Assembly (NCBI GenBank): GCA_963812015.1
Contig: CAWETI010000002.1
Location: 1,216,001-1,280,000 of the forward strand
Length of the DNA stretch: 64,000 bases
Source: an uncultured delta proteobacterium
Lineage (GTDB): Bacteria; Desulfobacterota; Desulfobaccia; Desulfobaccales; 0-14-0-80-60-11
Direction: 5' to 3'
Shown here: positions 40,290 through 51,017 of the stretch, piece after piece
How the letters are laid out: every line of letters begins with the position of its first letter
Position numbering within the stretch: position 1 is the stretch's first letter
Made by a program: the position numbers and the translations under genes
The notes under the pieces: generated by a model
Told to the model about the DNA's origin: nothing
Database searches by the model: none
What the model saw: the letters and a program-made list of their open reading frames with translations, nothing else

Positions 40290-41294
40290 ATGCTCATCGT
40301 AATGGACAAGGACGCGACCGACGCCCAGATTCGAGCGGTGGTGGCTAAAATCGGGAACCTGGGATTCGAGGCCCAGCCCATGCCCGGGGGAGAACGGGTG
40401 GCCATCGCCATTTTGCGCAATGCCGGGCCGGTGGACCCGGCCCTGTTCGTGGATATGGTCGGGGTGATCCAGGCTATCCCGGTCTCACGGCCTTATAAGC
40501 TGGTCAGTCGGGAAATGAAGCGGGAGGACACCATCATCCACCTGCCCGGACTGGACCTGGGCCGGAGAAATTTTGTGGTCATCGCCGGCCCCTGCGCCGT
40601 GGAAAGCGAAACCCAGGCCCTGACCATCGCCCAAAGCGTCAAGGCCGCCGGGGCTCGCATCTTCCGGGGGGGCGCCTACAAGCCCCGCACCTCCCCTTAC
40701 AGTTACCAGGGACTGGGGAAGCCCGGCCTGAAGATTCTGGCGAAGGTCCGGGAAGAGACGGGGCTGCTCATCGTCACCGAGGCCGTGGACCAGGAGTCTC
40801 TGAAACTGGTGGCCGAATATACCGACATCATCCAGATCGGCGCCCGGAATATGCAGAACTTCAGCCTGCTGCGTTGTGCCGGCCGCACCAGGAAGCCGGT
40901 GATGCTCAAGCGGGGCATGTACGCCACCCTGGATGAGTGGTTCATGGCCGCGGAATACATCATGTCGGAGGGTAACTCCCAGGTGATTCTCTGCGAGCGG
41001 GGGGTGCGGACCATTGGCGAGCATGCCCGGAATCTCCTGGATTTGGCCACCATCCCGGCGGTGCGCCGGGAGAGCCATCTGCCCATCATCGCCGACCCCA
41101 GCCACGCCGCCGGCCGCCGGGACCTGGTGGCGCCGTTGGCCCGGGCCGCGGTGGCTGCAGGCGCCGACGGCCTGATGATCGAAGTCCATCATGAGCCGGA
41201 AAAGGCCATGTCCGACGGGGCCCAGTCTCTCTATCCCAACCAGTTCCAAGCCTTGATGGAGGAAATTCGCACCCTGCGCCCCGGGGGCTGGTGA
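40290..41294 (+). CDS. aroF: DAHP synthase, type I-beta with N-terminal regulatory domain
   Basis: IAGPCAVE, KPRTSPY, IGARNMQNF, CERG, DPSHA. Confidence 0.95.
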   Translation: MLIVMDKDATDAQIRAVVAKIGNLGFEAQPMPGGERVAIAILRNAGPVDPALFVDMVGVIQAIPVSRPYKLVSREMKREDTIIHLPGLDLGRRNFVVIAGPCAVESETQALTIAQSVKAAGARIFRGGAYKPRTSPYSYQGLGKPGLKILAKVREETGLLIVTEAVDQESLKLVAEYTDIIQIGARNMQNFSLLRCAGRTRKPVMLKRGMYATLDEWFMAAEYIMSEGNSQVILCERGVRTIGEHARNLLDLATIPAVRRESHLPIIADPSHAAGRRDLVAPLARAAVAAGADGLMIEVHHEPEKAMSDGAQSLYPNQFQALMEEIRTLRPGGW

Positions 41295-42400
41295 TGCGGG
41301 AGATTCAGCTCCCGCTGCCCGGCCGGGATACGAGCTATCGGCTGGTGATCGAGGCGGGCCTGCGTTACCGCCTGGGCCCCCTGCTCAAACCCTTATCGTT
41401 CCCTCCCCAGGTGGTGTTGATTGCGGACCGCCGGGTGGCCCGTCTCCACGGGGACACGGTTCTGGAATCCCTCACCGGGGCCGGATTCACCCCAACGCTC
41501 CTGACCACCCTGCCCGGGGAGCGGGCCAAGAGTTGGGCCGTGGTCCAGCGTCTGGCCCGGGAACTCCTGGCCCGGGGCGCCCACCGGCGCACCCTGGTGA
41601 TCGCCCTGGGAGGCGGCGTGGTGGGGGACCTCACCGGCTTTCTGACCTCCATCTTCATGCGGGGGATGCCCTTCATCCAGGTGCCCACCACCTTGCTGGC
41701 CATGGTGGACGCGGCCATCGGCGGCAAGACCGCCATCAATCTCCCTGAAGGCAAAAATCTTCTCGGCACCTTTCACCAGCCCCGTCTGGTGGTTATCGAC
41801 CCCGAATTTTTGCGCAGCCTGCCCCGGGCCGAGCGGCTCAACGGCCTGGCCGAAGTGGTGAAGGCCGGATTTATCCGGGACCGGGACCTGCTGACGCGTC
41901 TCGCGGCGGTCAAAACCAGGCTCTTTAAAGATGAAGCGGAATTGACCGAGACCATCTACCGGGCCGCGGCCATCAAGGCCCAGGTGGTGGCCCAAGACGA
42001 GCGGGAAGGCGACCTCAGGCGCATCCTCAACTTCGGGCACACCCTGGGCCACGGCCTGGAGCAGGCTTCCCACTTCCGCCTGCCCCACGGCCGGGCGGTG
42101 GCCTGGGGCATGGTGGCCGCCCTGACCCTGTCGGAACGCCTAGCGGGACTGGACCCGGCCGAGGCGGAGTGGGGCCGCCGGCTCATCGGTGACTGCGACC
42201 TCTGTCGCCCCCTGCCCCAGCTCGACCCGGAAGCGGTGATGGCGGCCCTGCGCCTGGATAAGAAGCGCCAGGAAACCGGGGTCCCCTTCGTCCTGCTGCC
42301 CCGCCTGGGCGAGGCGGTGATCCAAGCAGAGGCGCCCATGGGGCTGGTGGCGGAAGTGCTGAAAGGGATAATTGGGGGAGGGGGCCAGGGTTTTTCGTAA
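41291..42400 (+). CDS. aroB: 3-dehydroquinate synthase
   Basis: GGGVVGDL, PTTLLAMVDAAIGGKT, LNFGHTLGH. Confidence 0.95.
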   Translation: MMREIQLPLPGRDTSYRLVIEAGLRYRLGPLLKPLSFPPQVVLIADRRVARLHGDTVLESLTGAGFTPTLLTTLPGERAKSWAVVQRLARELLARGAHRRTLVIALGGGVVGDLTGFLTSIFMRGMPFIQVPTTLLAMVDAAIGGKTAINLPEGKNLLGTFHQPRLVVIDPEFLRSLPRAERLNGLAEVVKAGFIRDRDLLTRLAAVKTRLFKDEAELTETIYRAAAIKAQVVAQDEREGDLRRILNFGHTLGHGLEQASHFRLPHGRAVAWGMVAALTLSERLAGLDPAEAEWGRRLIGDCDLCRPLPQLDPEAVMAALRLDKKRQETGVPFVLLPRLGEAVIQAEAPMGLVAEVLKGIIGGGGQGFS

Positions 42401-42585
42401 GCGGCCCCCCGCCGTCCTCCCCCAACCCCATAAGGAGGGGGTACCATGGCGTTTCTTCAGGCTCGTTCCCCAACGGGAGATTGGGAACCGGAAAAATAAT
42501 CTCGGCCGGGATAACCTGAGAGGTTGCGTGGAGTGAGCGACCATACGTTTTTGGTTGATTGGCAGCGTGATGGGGGTTTGGCCCT

Positions 42586-43089
42586 GTGCAGTTCCTCTCT
42601 CTGCTGAAAAATGCTGAAAGCCCCGGCCAAAGGCCGCAAAACCTTGGGGGAGCTACCATCAAACCCATCTGTCTGAATCCCGTCGGCCTGGTGAAAAAGC
42701 AGGGCCAGCGCGCCTGGCTGGAGATCTATCCGGAATATGCCCCGGCCCTCACCGGCCTCCAGGATTTCTCCCATCTCTGGGTGTTCTATTGGTTCCACGA
42801 GAACGACAAGCCGGAGGAGCGCCGGACCCTTCAGGTCCACCCCCGCCGGGACCCGGGCAACCCCCTGACCGGCGTCTTTGCCTGCCGGGCCCCGGCGCGG
42901 CCCAACCTCATCGGCTTCACCGCCTGTCGCATCATCAAGGTGGAGGGGAACGTCCTGGAAGTGGCGGACCTGGACGCCCGAGACGGCACCCCCATTCTGG
43001 ACCTCAAGCCCTACATCCCTGACGGCGACGCCATCCCCGAGGCCCGGGCCCCGGAGTGGCTCAAGCGCGCCAAGCCTCCGGTTGACTAA
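42586..43089 (+). CDS. tsaA: tRNA t6A37 N6-methyltransferase TrmO
   Basis: FSHLWV, GVFACRAPARPNLIG, DGTPILDLKPY; start uncertain. Confidence 0.88.
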   Translation: MQFLSLLKNAESPGQRPQNLGGATIKPICLNPVGLVKKQGQRAWLEIYPEYAPALTGLQDFSHLWVFYWFHENDKPEERRTLQVHPRRDPGNPLTGVFACRAPARPNLIGFTACRIIKVEGNVLEVADLDARDGTPILDLKPYIPDGDAIPEARAPEWLKRAKPPVD

Positions 43090-43341
43090 CGCCCGGTCCA
43101 GTCTCTCCCCTTTAAATATTTCCAGGGATCAAACCCGGGAAGCACGGTCATGGAACCATTGTTAAAGCGGTGGCCAAGGCGGCCGGATAATCTCAGGGTA
43201 TCTCTCGCGATTGACTGAAGCCCCATATTTGTGGCAAGATGGCAACCAACAGAGGATGCGATTCTTCGGCCCAGAGACCCCTGGCCAATGATTTTTGAGA
43301 AATATTTTCAGTTTTTTGTTTTTTTGTAAGGGGCTAAAATC

Positions 43342-44355
43342 TTGAAAATTCGTGTTTGGGGAATCAGCGCGATTATTCTTTCAACTATTTTAGTAGTTTT
43401 GATTCTTGAAGGTATCCTCCATGTTTTTGCCCCCTTATACATGGCCGGAAATCGGCAGGCCTACCGGTACGATGAGGAGTTGGGATGCCGGTTGCAAGAT
43501 AACCTCCGGCTGTTAAGAACCACTGATTATCAAGAAGAAATTTATACCAACCAATTGGGCACCGCAAATTTCCAGAAAGATTTCGCTAATTATCAAAGGT
43601 TGGTCTTTGCTGTGGGGGATTCTTTTACCCAAGGCACCGGCTTGCCCATGGATGCCTCTTATCCCTTTCAACTTGACCTGCTGCTGAATATGCAGAATGA
43701 TCATTATGTCAAAAAATATGCGGTGGTTAATTTGGGGGTGGCGACCTACGGGGGGAAGCAGAACCTGATAAACCTGAAAAAGTACTGCGAGAAATTAGGA
43801 AAACCTCGTTATGTTTTATACTTAGGCTGTAGTAATGATTATGAGGACGACCTCCTCTTAGACCGCGGTCGGGTCCACAAGCGCATGGTTGCCGGGAATC
43901 CCAACTGGCCGTGGTATACGAACCCCCTGGTCTGGTGGGCCCATGAGACGGAATTGGGGAAACGAACCAAGATCGCCTTGGGAAACCTCACGAAGCGGCG
44001 GATTTTCTCGCAAGACCGAGCCCTGTCTCAATCCCCCGATAAGCAAAAGACGGCGGCGGAACTGGAGGAACCGATCTTGCAAGAGCTGAGCAAGCTCACG
44101 GGCCAGGTGGGGGCCAAACTCATCGTCTCCTGGGCTAACCTGCCGTCTGAGCAGGATGGCTCTTACACCTGGCTCAAGGAGTTCGCCCGGCAGCATCAGA
44201 TCGCTTTTGCCGACTGGTATCCCGCAGTGGCGTCGGTGCAAACCGCCATCCAGGCGATCCCCCTGGACAATCCCCATTCGGGGGGCCATTACCGCACTTG
44301 GGTGAACCGTCAGATCGCCCAGGCTTATGCCAAGCACATGGTGTCCCCTGAATGA
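43342..44355 (+). CDS. Membrane-anchored SGNH/GDSL-like hydrolase
   Basis: N-terminal TM, AVGDSFTQG, NLGV, ND, GH near C-terminus. Confidence 0.75.
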   Translation: MKIRVWGISAIILSTILVVLILEGILHVFAPLYMAGNRQAYRYDEELGCRLQDNLRLLRTTDYQEEIYTNQLGTANFQKDFANYQRLVFAVGDSFTQGTGLPMDASYPFQLDLLLNMQNDHYVKKYAVVNLGVATYGGKQNLINLKKYCEKLGKPRYVLYLGCSNDYEDDLLLDRGRVHKRMVAGNPNWPWYTNPLVWWAHETELGKRTKIALGNLTKRRIFSQDRALSQSPDKQKTAAELEEPILQELSKLTGQVGAKLIVSWANLPSEQDGSYTWLKEFARQHQIAFADWYPAVASVQTAIQAIPLDNPHSGGHYRTWVNRQIAQAYAKHMVSPE

Positions 44356-44559
44356 CCAGCATCAGCCAGTGGTTTCGGCAGAACTGCACCGGTGGGCTCT
44401 GCTGTTCTTCTCCGGCACGGTGGGCGACAATATTCTGGAGGGGTGGCGGACCTGGCGGCCGGGGGGAGCATCGCCTCGGGCTGAACCGCTTGGTGGAGTC
44501 GCTTGCCGGGGGCGAAAAATCACTCGTAATTGTTCTGCATGTATCGCGACTTTCTCCGG

Positions 44560-45825
44560 TTACCCACCACTACATGATCCCCGGTCCGTCCTCCCGAGAC
44601 GCCGGCCGGCGGGGGCCAGGGCCGGAAACTCCGGCTCGGCAAGGCAGGCCAACAGCCCCGCCGCGGCTTCAAGGCCGTAGGGCAGCGCCGCTTCGTCGAG
44701 ATTGAAGTGGGGGGAGTGCAGGGCCTGGCCCCGCCCCCCGGGGGTGCGCACCCCTAAAAAGAAGTAAAACCCGGGAGATACCGAGGCATAGTAGGGAAAA
44801 TCCTCGCTCCCCATGGCCGGGTGCAACAGCTTGAGGCGCTGCGGCCCCAGCAGGGCCTGGAGCACCTGCACCGCCCTCTTGGTAAGTTCCGGATCGTTCT
44901 TGAGCATGGGAAACAATGGTTCCACGGTGAGTTTGATCTCGGCCCCGGTGGCCTGGGTGAGCCCGGCAAATTGCCGCCCCAGACCGTCTAAAACCTCCTG
45001 GCGCACCGAGTCCTGGAGGTAGCGGAGGCTGCCTTCCAGCACCACTTCGTCCGCCAGGATATTGAAGCGGTTGCCGCCCTGGATGCGACCGAAGGTGAGG
45101 ATCTTGGGGGACCGGGCGTCGATCTGTTGGGCCAGGAAGCCCTGAATATGATTGAGCACCTGGGCCGTGGCCAGGATGGGGTCCACGCCCCGGTGCGGTG
45201 TGGCGCCATGGGCCGATTTGCCGGTGACGGTGAGGATGATGCGGTCGGCCCCGGCCATCACCACTCCCGGGCCGTAGCGGATGTGGCCGGCGTCCAGATT
45301 CGGCGCCACGTGGAGGGCGCACACCGCGGTCACCTTGGGGTGGTCCAGGACCCCCGCCGCCACCATACCCTTGGCGCCGCTGTCCCCGACGGGCGGGCCT
45401 TCTTCGGCGGGCTGAAAGATAAAGCGGAACTCCCCGGCCAGACGGTCTTGCATCTCGCTGAGGAGGCGGGCCGCAACCAGGCCGATGCTCACGTGGAAGT
45501 CGTGGCCGCAGGCGTGCATGACCCCCTCCACCCGGGAGCGCCAGGGGAGGTTCACCTTCTCGGCGATGGGCAGGGCGTCCATGTCGGCCCGCCAGGCCAC
45601 CGTCCGGCCCAGGCGGGCGCCCTGCAGCACCCCCAGCACCCCATGGCCGGCCAGGCCGGTGCGCACGGAAAGCCCCAGGTCCTTCAGATAGTCCGCCACC
45701 ACCCGGGCGGTGCGCTCCTCGTGGTGGGTCAGCTCAGGATGCTGGTGGAGTTCCCGGCGCAGGGCCACGAGCTCCGGTTCCAGGCCTTGGGCCCTGGCTT
45801 GAATTCCTGCTAATAATTCCGTCAT
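44560..45825 (-). CDS. M20D amidohydrolase
   Basis: LHQHPEL, RADMDAL, MHACGHD, FQPAEEG, SEDF. Confidence 0.93.
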   Translation of the reverse strand: MTELLAGIQARAQGLEPELVALRRELHQHPELTHHEERTARVVADYLKDLGLSVRTGLAGHGVLGVLQGARLGRTVAWRADMDALPIAEKVNLPWRSRVEGVMHACGHDFHVSIGLVAARLLSEMQDRLAGEFRFIFQPAEEGPPVGDSGAKGMVAAGVLDHPKVTAVCALHVAPNLDAGHIRYGPGVVMAGADRIILTVTGKSAHGATPHRGVDPILATAQVLNHIQGFLAQQIDARSPKILTFGRIQGGNRFNILADEVVLEGSLRYLQDSVRQEVLDGLGRQFAGLTQATGAEIKLTVEPLFPMLKNDPELTKRAVQVLQALLGPQRLKLLHPAMGSEDFPYYASVSPGFYFFLGVRTPGGRGQALHSPHFNLDEAALPYGLEAAAGLLACLAEPEFPALAPAGRRLGRTDRGSCSGG

Positions 45826-46109
45826 GGGGGCATTGTACCGCGGCCCGGAAAGATGGCAAAGGGGAAAAAGGGGCGCGGTGGGGCCCCAGACCGGCAGCTG
45901 CCAAACCGGGCAGTCGACGGTCAGGGACTGCCCCCAGGCGGATAAACGGAGGCAATTGGCGAAAAAAAACCAAATTCCCCGGGAAACCTAATGAGCCGGA
46001 AAGAGAGGAAGATTCCCCGGGGCTGAGGGCTTTGTGGGAATTCTTCTTCCCCTGGAGGCAATTTTCCCCTTGACAAGTGCGCCGATTTTTAAGACAAAAA
46101 CAAGATAGA

Positions 46110-46184
46110 GCGGGAATAACTCAGCGGTAGAGTGCGACCTTGCCAAGGTCGAAGTCGCGGGTTCAAATCCCGTTTCCCGCTCCA
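46110..46184 (+). tRNA. tRNA-Gly(GCC)
   Basis: Cloverleaf GCGGGAA...TTCCCGC-TCCA, anticodon GCC, GTTCAAATC. Confidence 0.97.
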
Positions 46185-46186
46185 GA

Positions 46187-46261
46187 GGCGGCATAGCCAA
46201 GAGGTAAGGCAGCGGTCTGCAAAACCGTTATTCTCCGGTTCGAATCCGGATGCCGCCTCCA
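46187..46261 (+). tRNA. tRNA-Cys(GCA)
   Basis: GGCGGCA...TGCCGCC-TCCA, anticodon GCA, GTTCGAATC. Confidence 0.97.
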
Positions 46262-46329
46262 GCTATTCCAGGTACTTACGGTAGCTGCGGCTACCTTTTT
46301 TTGTTGGTGGGAGCACTTTTTCGTCCCCG

Positions 46330-46640
46330 AGTATAATTTACCAGGAGTTACCTCCTCCTGCTGCTGGGCCAACAGCCCCTCAAACTTCTGATCAGCTTCC
46401 CTGGCGTCCGCAGTGTCCACCGTATTGTAGCGGTGAAACATAGCCGCGGTTTTGTGCCCGGTGAGTTTCATGATCACCGAGTGGTCCACCCCCGCCTTCC
46501 TCATGTTGGTGTTAAAAGTGTGCCGGAGATCGTGAAACCGGAAATTCTCAATCCCCCCCTGCGGCAGGCTTTTAGAAAGGCTGTCCGGATACCCATGATT
46601 GGCCGGCCTTTGTATGTGAAGACTCGATTATGCCCCAGCC
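46330..46640 (-). pseudogene. Tyrosine integrase C-terminal remnant (frameshifted)
   Basis: RVFTYKGRPI..AFLKACRR / IENFRFHDLRHTFNTNMRKAG...LTGHKTAAMFHRY (HxxR, H, Y); boundaries approximate. Confidence 0.88.
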
Positions 46641-46724
46641 CTCTCACCCGGCCAGCCTCATTTAAAATACCCAGGAGCCAGAGCCCGGGAGCGGCTGGCG
46701 AAGCGCGGCGCTAAGTTAATCTTA

Positions 46725-47333
46725 GACCTGGTGCCCAACCACGTGGCCCCGGACCACCCTTGGGTTCAGGAACACCCGGACTATTTTATCCAGGGCACTC
46801 CAGAGGATTTTATAAGTTCCCCGCAAGCGTTTCTGCAAGGGGGAGACCACATTCTGGCCCACGGCCGAGATCCCTATTCCCCACCTTGGCCGGACGGCAT
46901 GCAGGTCAACGCCTTTGCACCCGGCCTCCGCCAAGCCCTCATCGATACCCTAATATCGATGGCCAGCCAGTGGGACGGGGTGCGCGGCGACATGGCCTTG
47001 CTGCTGATTAACCAAATCTTCCGAAAGGCCCGGGCCGCGGCCGTCACCATCGCCACCCTGCCCGGCGCCAGGCTGTTTCACGAGGGGCAGCTTAAGGGCC
47101 GGAGGATCAGGTTGCCCGTGTTTCTCAACCGTCGGCCCCCGGAGCCGGTTGATTCGGACTTGCAGAACTTTTACCAGACCCTACTGGCTGCGGTGGCGCA
47201 GCCGGTGTTCAAGGCAGGGGAATGGCGTCTCGGTTCGCGGTCTGGTTGGCCGGATAACCGGAGCTATCTCCACACGGCGGCCTGGGGGTGGCGTCTCGGG
47301 GAGGAACGGCGCCTCATCATCTTTGAACTCTAA
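46725..47333 (+). pseudogene. GH13 alpha-amylase-family remnant, truncated with internal deletion
   Basis: DLVPNH, DGVRGDMA, then directly TLPGARLFHEGQ. Confidence 0.75.
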
Positions 47334-47589
47334 TCAACACTCTCTACCAAAAGATTGATCGGCTCCAACCCGGCACAAAAATTTTCAAAGTCTAAACCTA
47401 TCTCCGGTCCTGTCAGGGGAAAAATCATGGTTTTCCCGTACCAGAAATCAGTAATTCTACCGATTTTACTAACTGTAAAAACGTATTAAATAAGAGGCAC
47501 ATTAATGATGGTTCGAAAAAATAAATCAATATGAAAAAACGTAAAACCACAGGTAAGAACCAAAACCCATAAAATGAGGAGAGAAAAAC

Positions 47590-47754
47590 ATGGAACGGAT
47601 GAAGAATTTTTTCAAAGATGAGTCTGGTGCGACGGCCGTGGAGTATGGTCTGATGGTAGCGTTGATCGCTGCGGTTATCGTCACCATCGTTACAACCCTT
47701 GGGCAAAAAGTCAACACTGCCTTTACAACCGTGAGTAACTCCATGGCCAGTTAA
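47590..47754 (+). CDS. flp: Flp type IVb pilin (54 aa; not in ORF track)
   Basis: MERMKNFFKDESG|ATAVEYGLMVALIAAVIV...; SD GAGGAG. Confidence 0.93.
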   Translation: MERMKNFFKDESGATAVEYGLMVALIAAVIVTIVTTLGQKVNTAFTTVSNSMAS

Positions 47755-48046
47755 GAAACGCCATGTCAAGTGCAGTACAAGTATTGGGGGCCTGGCTGCA
47801 GCCCTGCCTGATCCCGCAGGTTAAGACTGACTGGCATGGTTGATGAATCGGAAACAAGTCTTAATCCCCTCCTCTGGTGGGAGGGGATTAGGAGGATGGG
47901 GAAATAACTGCTGGGAAAAACAATCTTTATCCCCCCCTAACCCTTGTATGTTAAAGGGAACCGGTACATAGTTTGGTCATTAAAGAACCAGGCCATCAGG
48001 GTGAGAACAGGAAATGTTACCGGCAAGATCCGCTGATCCGGGGAAA

Positions 48047-48290
48047 CAGTGACGTTTTTGGGAACAGGTCGTCCACGACGAGCCTGATTATGAGCGTCAC
48101 GTGGATTACATCCACTACAATCCGGTAAAGCATGGTCATGTGACGAGGGTTGCGGATTGGCCTTATTCAAGCTTTCATCAATACGTGGAACGCAGCATTT
48201 ATAACCTCGAATGGGCGGCAGATGATAACGTTCGAAGTCTAGAGATGGAATAATGCTAGAGGCGGGATGCGCTTCGCTTTCCCGCCCTAC
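48047..48290 (+). mobile_element. RAYT 3' remnant with its REP
   Basis: Q*RFWEQVVHDEPDYERHVDYIHYNPVKHGHVTRVADWPYSSF...RSLEME*, then REP at 48261..48290 identical (inverted) to 31874..31903. Confidence 0.9.
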
Positions 48291-48606
48291 GGGCTCTTTT
48301 GCGGTTGCGGAGAGGATGCGTTTCAGCCCCGGTATTTTTCGATGCTTTGGGGCTTTTTCATTTTGGTCCTTTCCACTCGATAAATTTTCGAAATTATGGT
48401 CAGGGCTTTCATCAGGTAGTTAGTTAGGCAAGGGATTTCTTCTGAATTGCCACCCCCATCCCGTATCCCGGCAGCGAAACCAAAAGTCGGATAATCCGGG
48501 GCTACCCCGAGGCTGGCCAGGAGATCACCGCTGAGACTATCTAGCAGTCGGGCGCCTCTGATTTACCTTCGCCTCAGGTGAAGTCAGACGAGAAATCTAA
48601 AGGATA

Positions 48607-50073
48607 TTACTCACGGTAGTTTTGCCTTAGCAAGTACATGAAGAGGGTCTGAGGAGTTCGGAAAACATCCTTGATGATCCCTCCTATTAAGCGATTATGT
48701 CTGAGTAGATCCAGGAAGTCAAAAATTCGCCGCCAATGCAGCCAGCTTTTGAGGAAGGTCCTCCGGAAATCGCGCTCTCGGAGCTTTAAAGTCGCCTTAT
48801 CCATTTGCCCCGGAAAATTCGAAACCAAGAGGCTCTCGGATTCCTTCAAGGTTTTAGGCTCTTGGGAGCCATGGATTTCATCCCAGAGGCAACTACCGGG
48901 ATGGACCATCAGCGGGTTGATTTCCGCAATAATCGGCATTACTTCCCAGACGAGTGTCCTGGTAGCCTCGTGATCTTGATCCGTCTCTCCCAGGCCGCCG
49001 GTGATGAAGCTGGCGATGGTGGCGATATGGGCTTTTTTGGTCCGGATAATGTCGGTTGCCAGCTGTTTGCGCGTGGTGGGTTTCCGGTAGCGTCTGAGCT
49101 GTTCATCGCTGCTACTCTCTACTCCCAAAAAAACCAGGTCAAAGCCAGCCCGGTGCATAAGATCTAACGTGGCGTCCGGTACATGGTGCAAGGTCCCGGC
49201 GCAGGCCAAGCGCATGTTGGGGATATGTTCTATGATCAAGTGACAGAGCTTGTCGAGGCGATCCACGTTGCCGGTGAAATTATCGTCAAAGAAGATGACA
49301 AACTCGTATCCTTCCTGGGACAGCACTAGCAGTTCTTGCAAGACGTTCTCGGCACTTCTGATTCTGAGCCGATTGCCACTCAGTTTGGTGCCGGCGCAGA
49401 AGGTGCAGTTAAACAGGCAGCCTCTGGAGGAGAACGCGGTGGTGAAACGGGGCAAGAGGGGAAGCTCGAAGCCATACCATTGCTTCCCATAACCGGGGTA
49501 ATCCAGGAGGCTCCGGTCTGGGAAAGGCAGGGAGTCCATATCCTCAATTTGCTGGGGTTCCCCCCGGATTACTTTTCCCTGGGCCCGATAAGACAGTCCC
49601 GGTAGACCGGCAGTTTCCTTCCCCGCCAGGAGGCGTTTGCCCAGCTCCAAGAAACTTTCTTCCGCTTCTCCCCTCAGGACTAGATCGAGTTCGGGTATCT
49701 CTTTGAGGAGGAGACGGTCAAAGAGGGTGGCGTGAAGGCCACCGGCCAAAGTCAGGGTATCGTGTCGGGCTGCTTTGATCCTCCCCAGTAGCCTGGGAAG
49801 GTTTTCGAGTTTCGTGCTCATCACCGAAACTCCCACCACATCGGGGGAGAGGGCCAGAATCCTTTCCGCGGTCTGGTCCACGTTCAGCCCTTCGCAAAAC
49901 GCGTCCACGATCTTTACCCGGACACCGGGCAGATTCTTTATATTTGCAGCTAGATACAAGAGTCCCAAGGGCGGGAATGATCCGGAATTCCAGGCGATAT
50001 CAATCGGTGAGGTCGCCAAAACGATGTTCAACAGGGGCTCTTCAGTGGCATCACGGTTTGGGGCAGGATTCAA
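48607..50073 (-). CDS. Cobalamin-binding radical SAM protein
   Basis: PPLGLLYLA, GGLHAT, GEAE, SRGCLFNCTFC (CxxxCxxC), DDNF, GVES. Confidence 0.92.
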   Translation of the reverse strand: MNPAPNRDATEEPLLNIVLATSPIDIAWNSGSFPPLGLLYLAANIKNLPGVRVKIVDAFCEGLNVDQTAERILALSPDVVGVSVMSTKLENLPRLLGRIKAARHDTLTLAGGLHATLFDRLLLKEIPELDLVLRGEAEESFLELGKRLLAGKETAGLPGLSYRAQGKVIRGEPQQIEDMDSLPFPDRSLLDYPGYGKQWYGFELPLLPRFTTAFSSRGCLFNCTFCAGTKLSGNRLRIRSAENVLQELLVLSQEGYEFVIFFDDNFTGNVDRLDKLCHLIIEHIPNMRLACAGTLHHVPDATLDLMHRAGFDLVFLGVESSSDEQLRRYRKPTTRKQLATDIIRTKKAHIATIASFITGGLGETDQDHEATRTLVWEVMPIIAEINPLMVHPGSCLWDEIHGSQEPKTLKESESLLVSNFPGQMDKATLKLRERDFRRTFLKSWLHWRRIFDFLDLLRHNRLIGGIIKDVFRTPQTLFMYLLRQNYRE

Positions 50074-50299
50074 GTTTATTCCCTATAATGCCGCAATTAT
50101 CCGGCAAGCTTGGCCATCCTAGTCCAAGCATGCTTTTGGGGACCTCGGTGCCGGGGGAAAATCACCCAAAGTTTCTGTTCTTGAAGCCGAATCCCCTCGT
50201 CATCGGCATGTTAGCACAAATTTTCAGGGAAAAGCACCTTTTCCCTGAGTTTTGGACATACTTAACCCTCAATACCCGAACGCTTCACTGCTGCGGAGG

Positions 50300-50630
50300 T
50301 TAAGGAACCCATGACAGCATCGCCCGATAAGGGGAAGCCAAAGGAAAAGCGGCGGCGACCGGTACGTACCGCCTCCGCGCATGGTACGAAATTCCGGCCT
50401 CCACTTTGATCAAACGCTTCCTCAGCTAATCAACCGACCGCTTTACTTCTTCATCCCAAGTAGAGGACTGCCTGATCATAGGGAGAAGTTTGTCGGCCAA
50501 ACCCCCATCTTCAGCCGGGCCTGGTGGGCCCGAACCGCTGGCAACCGGTCTTGTCCCAGCGCAAGGTGTTCTTGCCTCCCTTAATCCGGATTTCCACCTC
50601 TGTCCAACCATTAGAGACCTTGACCGAGAT
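50300..50630 (-). mobile_element. Degenerate IS1380-family transposase C-terminal remnant
   Basis: NGWTEVEIRIKGGKNTLRWDKTGCQRF../ADKLLPMIRQ...KRLIKVEAGISYHARR resembles the YxxRxxxENxIKExK...LAYNL pattern, with stops and frameshift. Confidence 0.7.
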
Positions 50631-50754
50631 TATGGCGCGGAAAAACCAGCGAGGCCCGGAGATTTGGTTCCCCGGCGCTGGAACTTTCCACTCAATCCTA
50701 ACGATTTTTAAAGTATCAGATGAAGATGCCGATACATTCAGCAGAGATTTCCGC

Positions 50755-50848
50755 GCCACCGAACAGGGCAAACTTCACCGAAAGGGGAGGACGCAAAGTC
50801 TCCAGCCTACAGCCTGAGGGCCAGGGCAGCGGGATTGCCGAAGTGGTG
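50755..50848 (+). ncRNA. c-di-GMP-I (GEMM) riboswitch
   Basis: ACAGGGCAAAC-P2 with GAAA tetraloop-GGACGCAAAG-P3 CCAGCCTACA...GGCAGCGGGATTGCCGA, upstream of flp. Confidence 0.9.
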
Positions 50849-51017
50849 AAGGTGAGGCTGCCAATGGCACCACACCAGATGCCGAGACATGGACCGGTGG
50901 GCGACGTGGATCCACCTTAGGGAACAGGAGGTGAGGATCAGGAGCACGGTTTAACGACCAGCATCGGTAGGTAACCATTCTGCCAATACCAAACATCAAT
51001 GATGAGGAGAAGCAAAA

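Noticed and set aside
44352..44560. Short ORFs after the SGNH gene
   Set aside because: Possibly a remnant of a membrane-protein gene but no recognisable motif; overlaps the amidohydrolase end.
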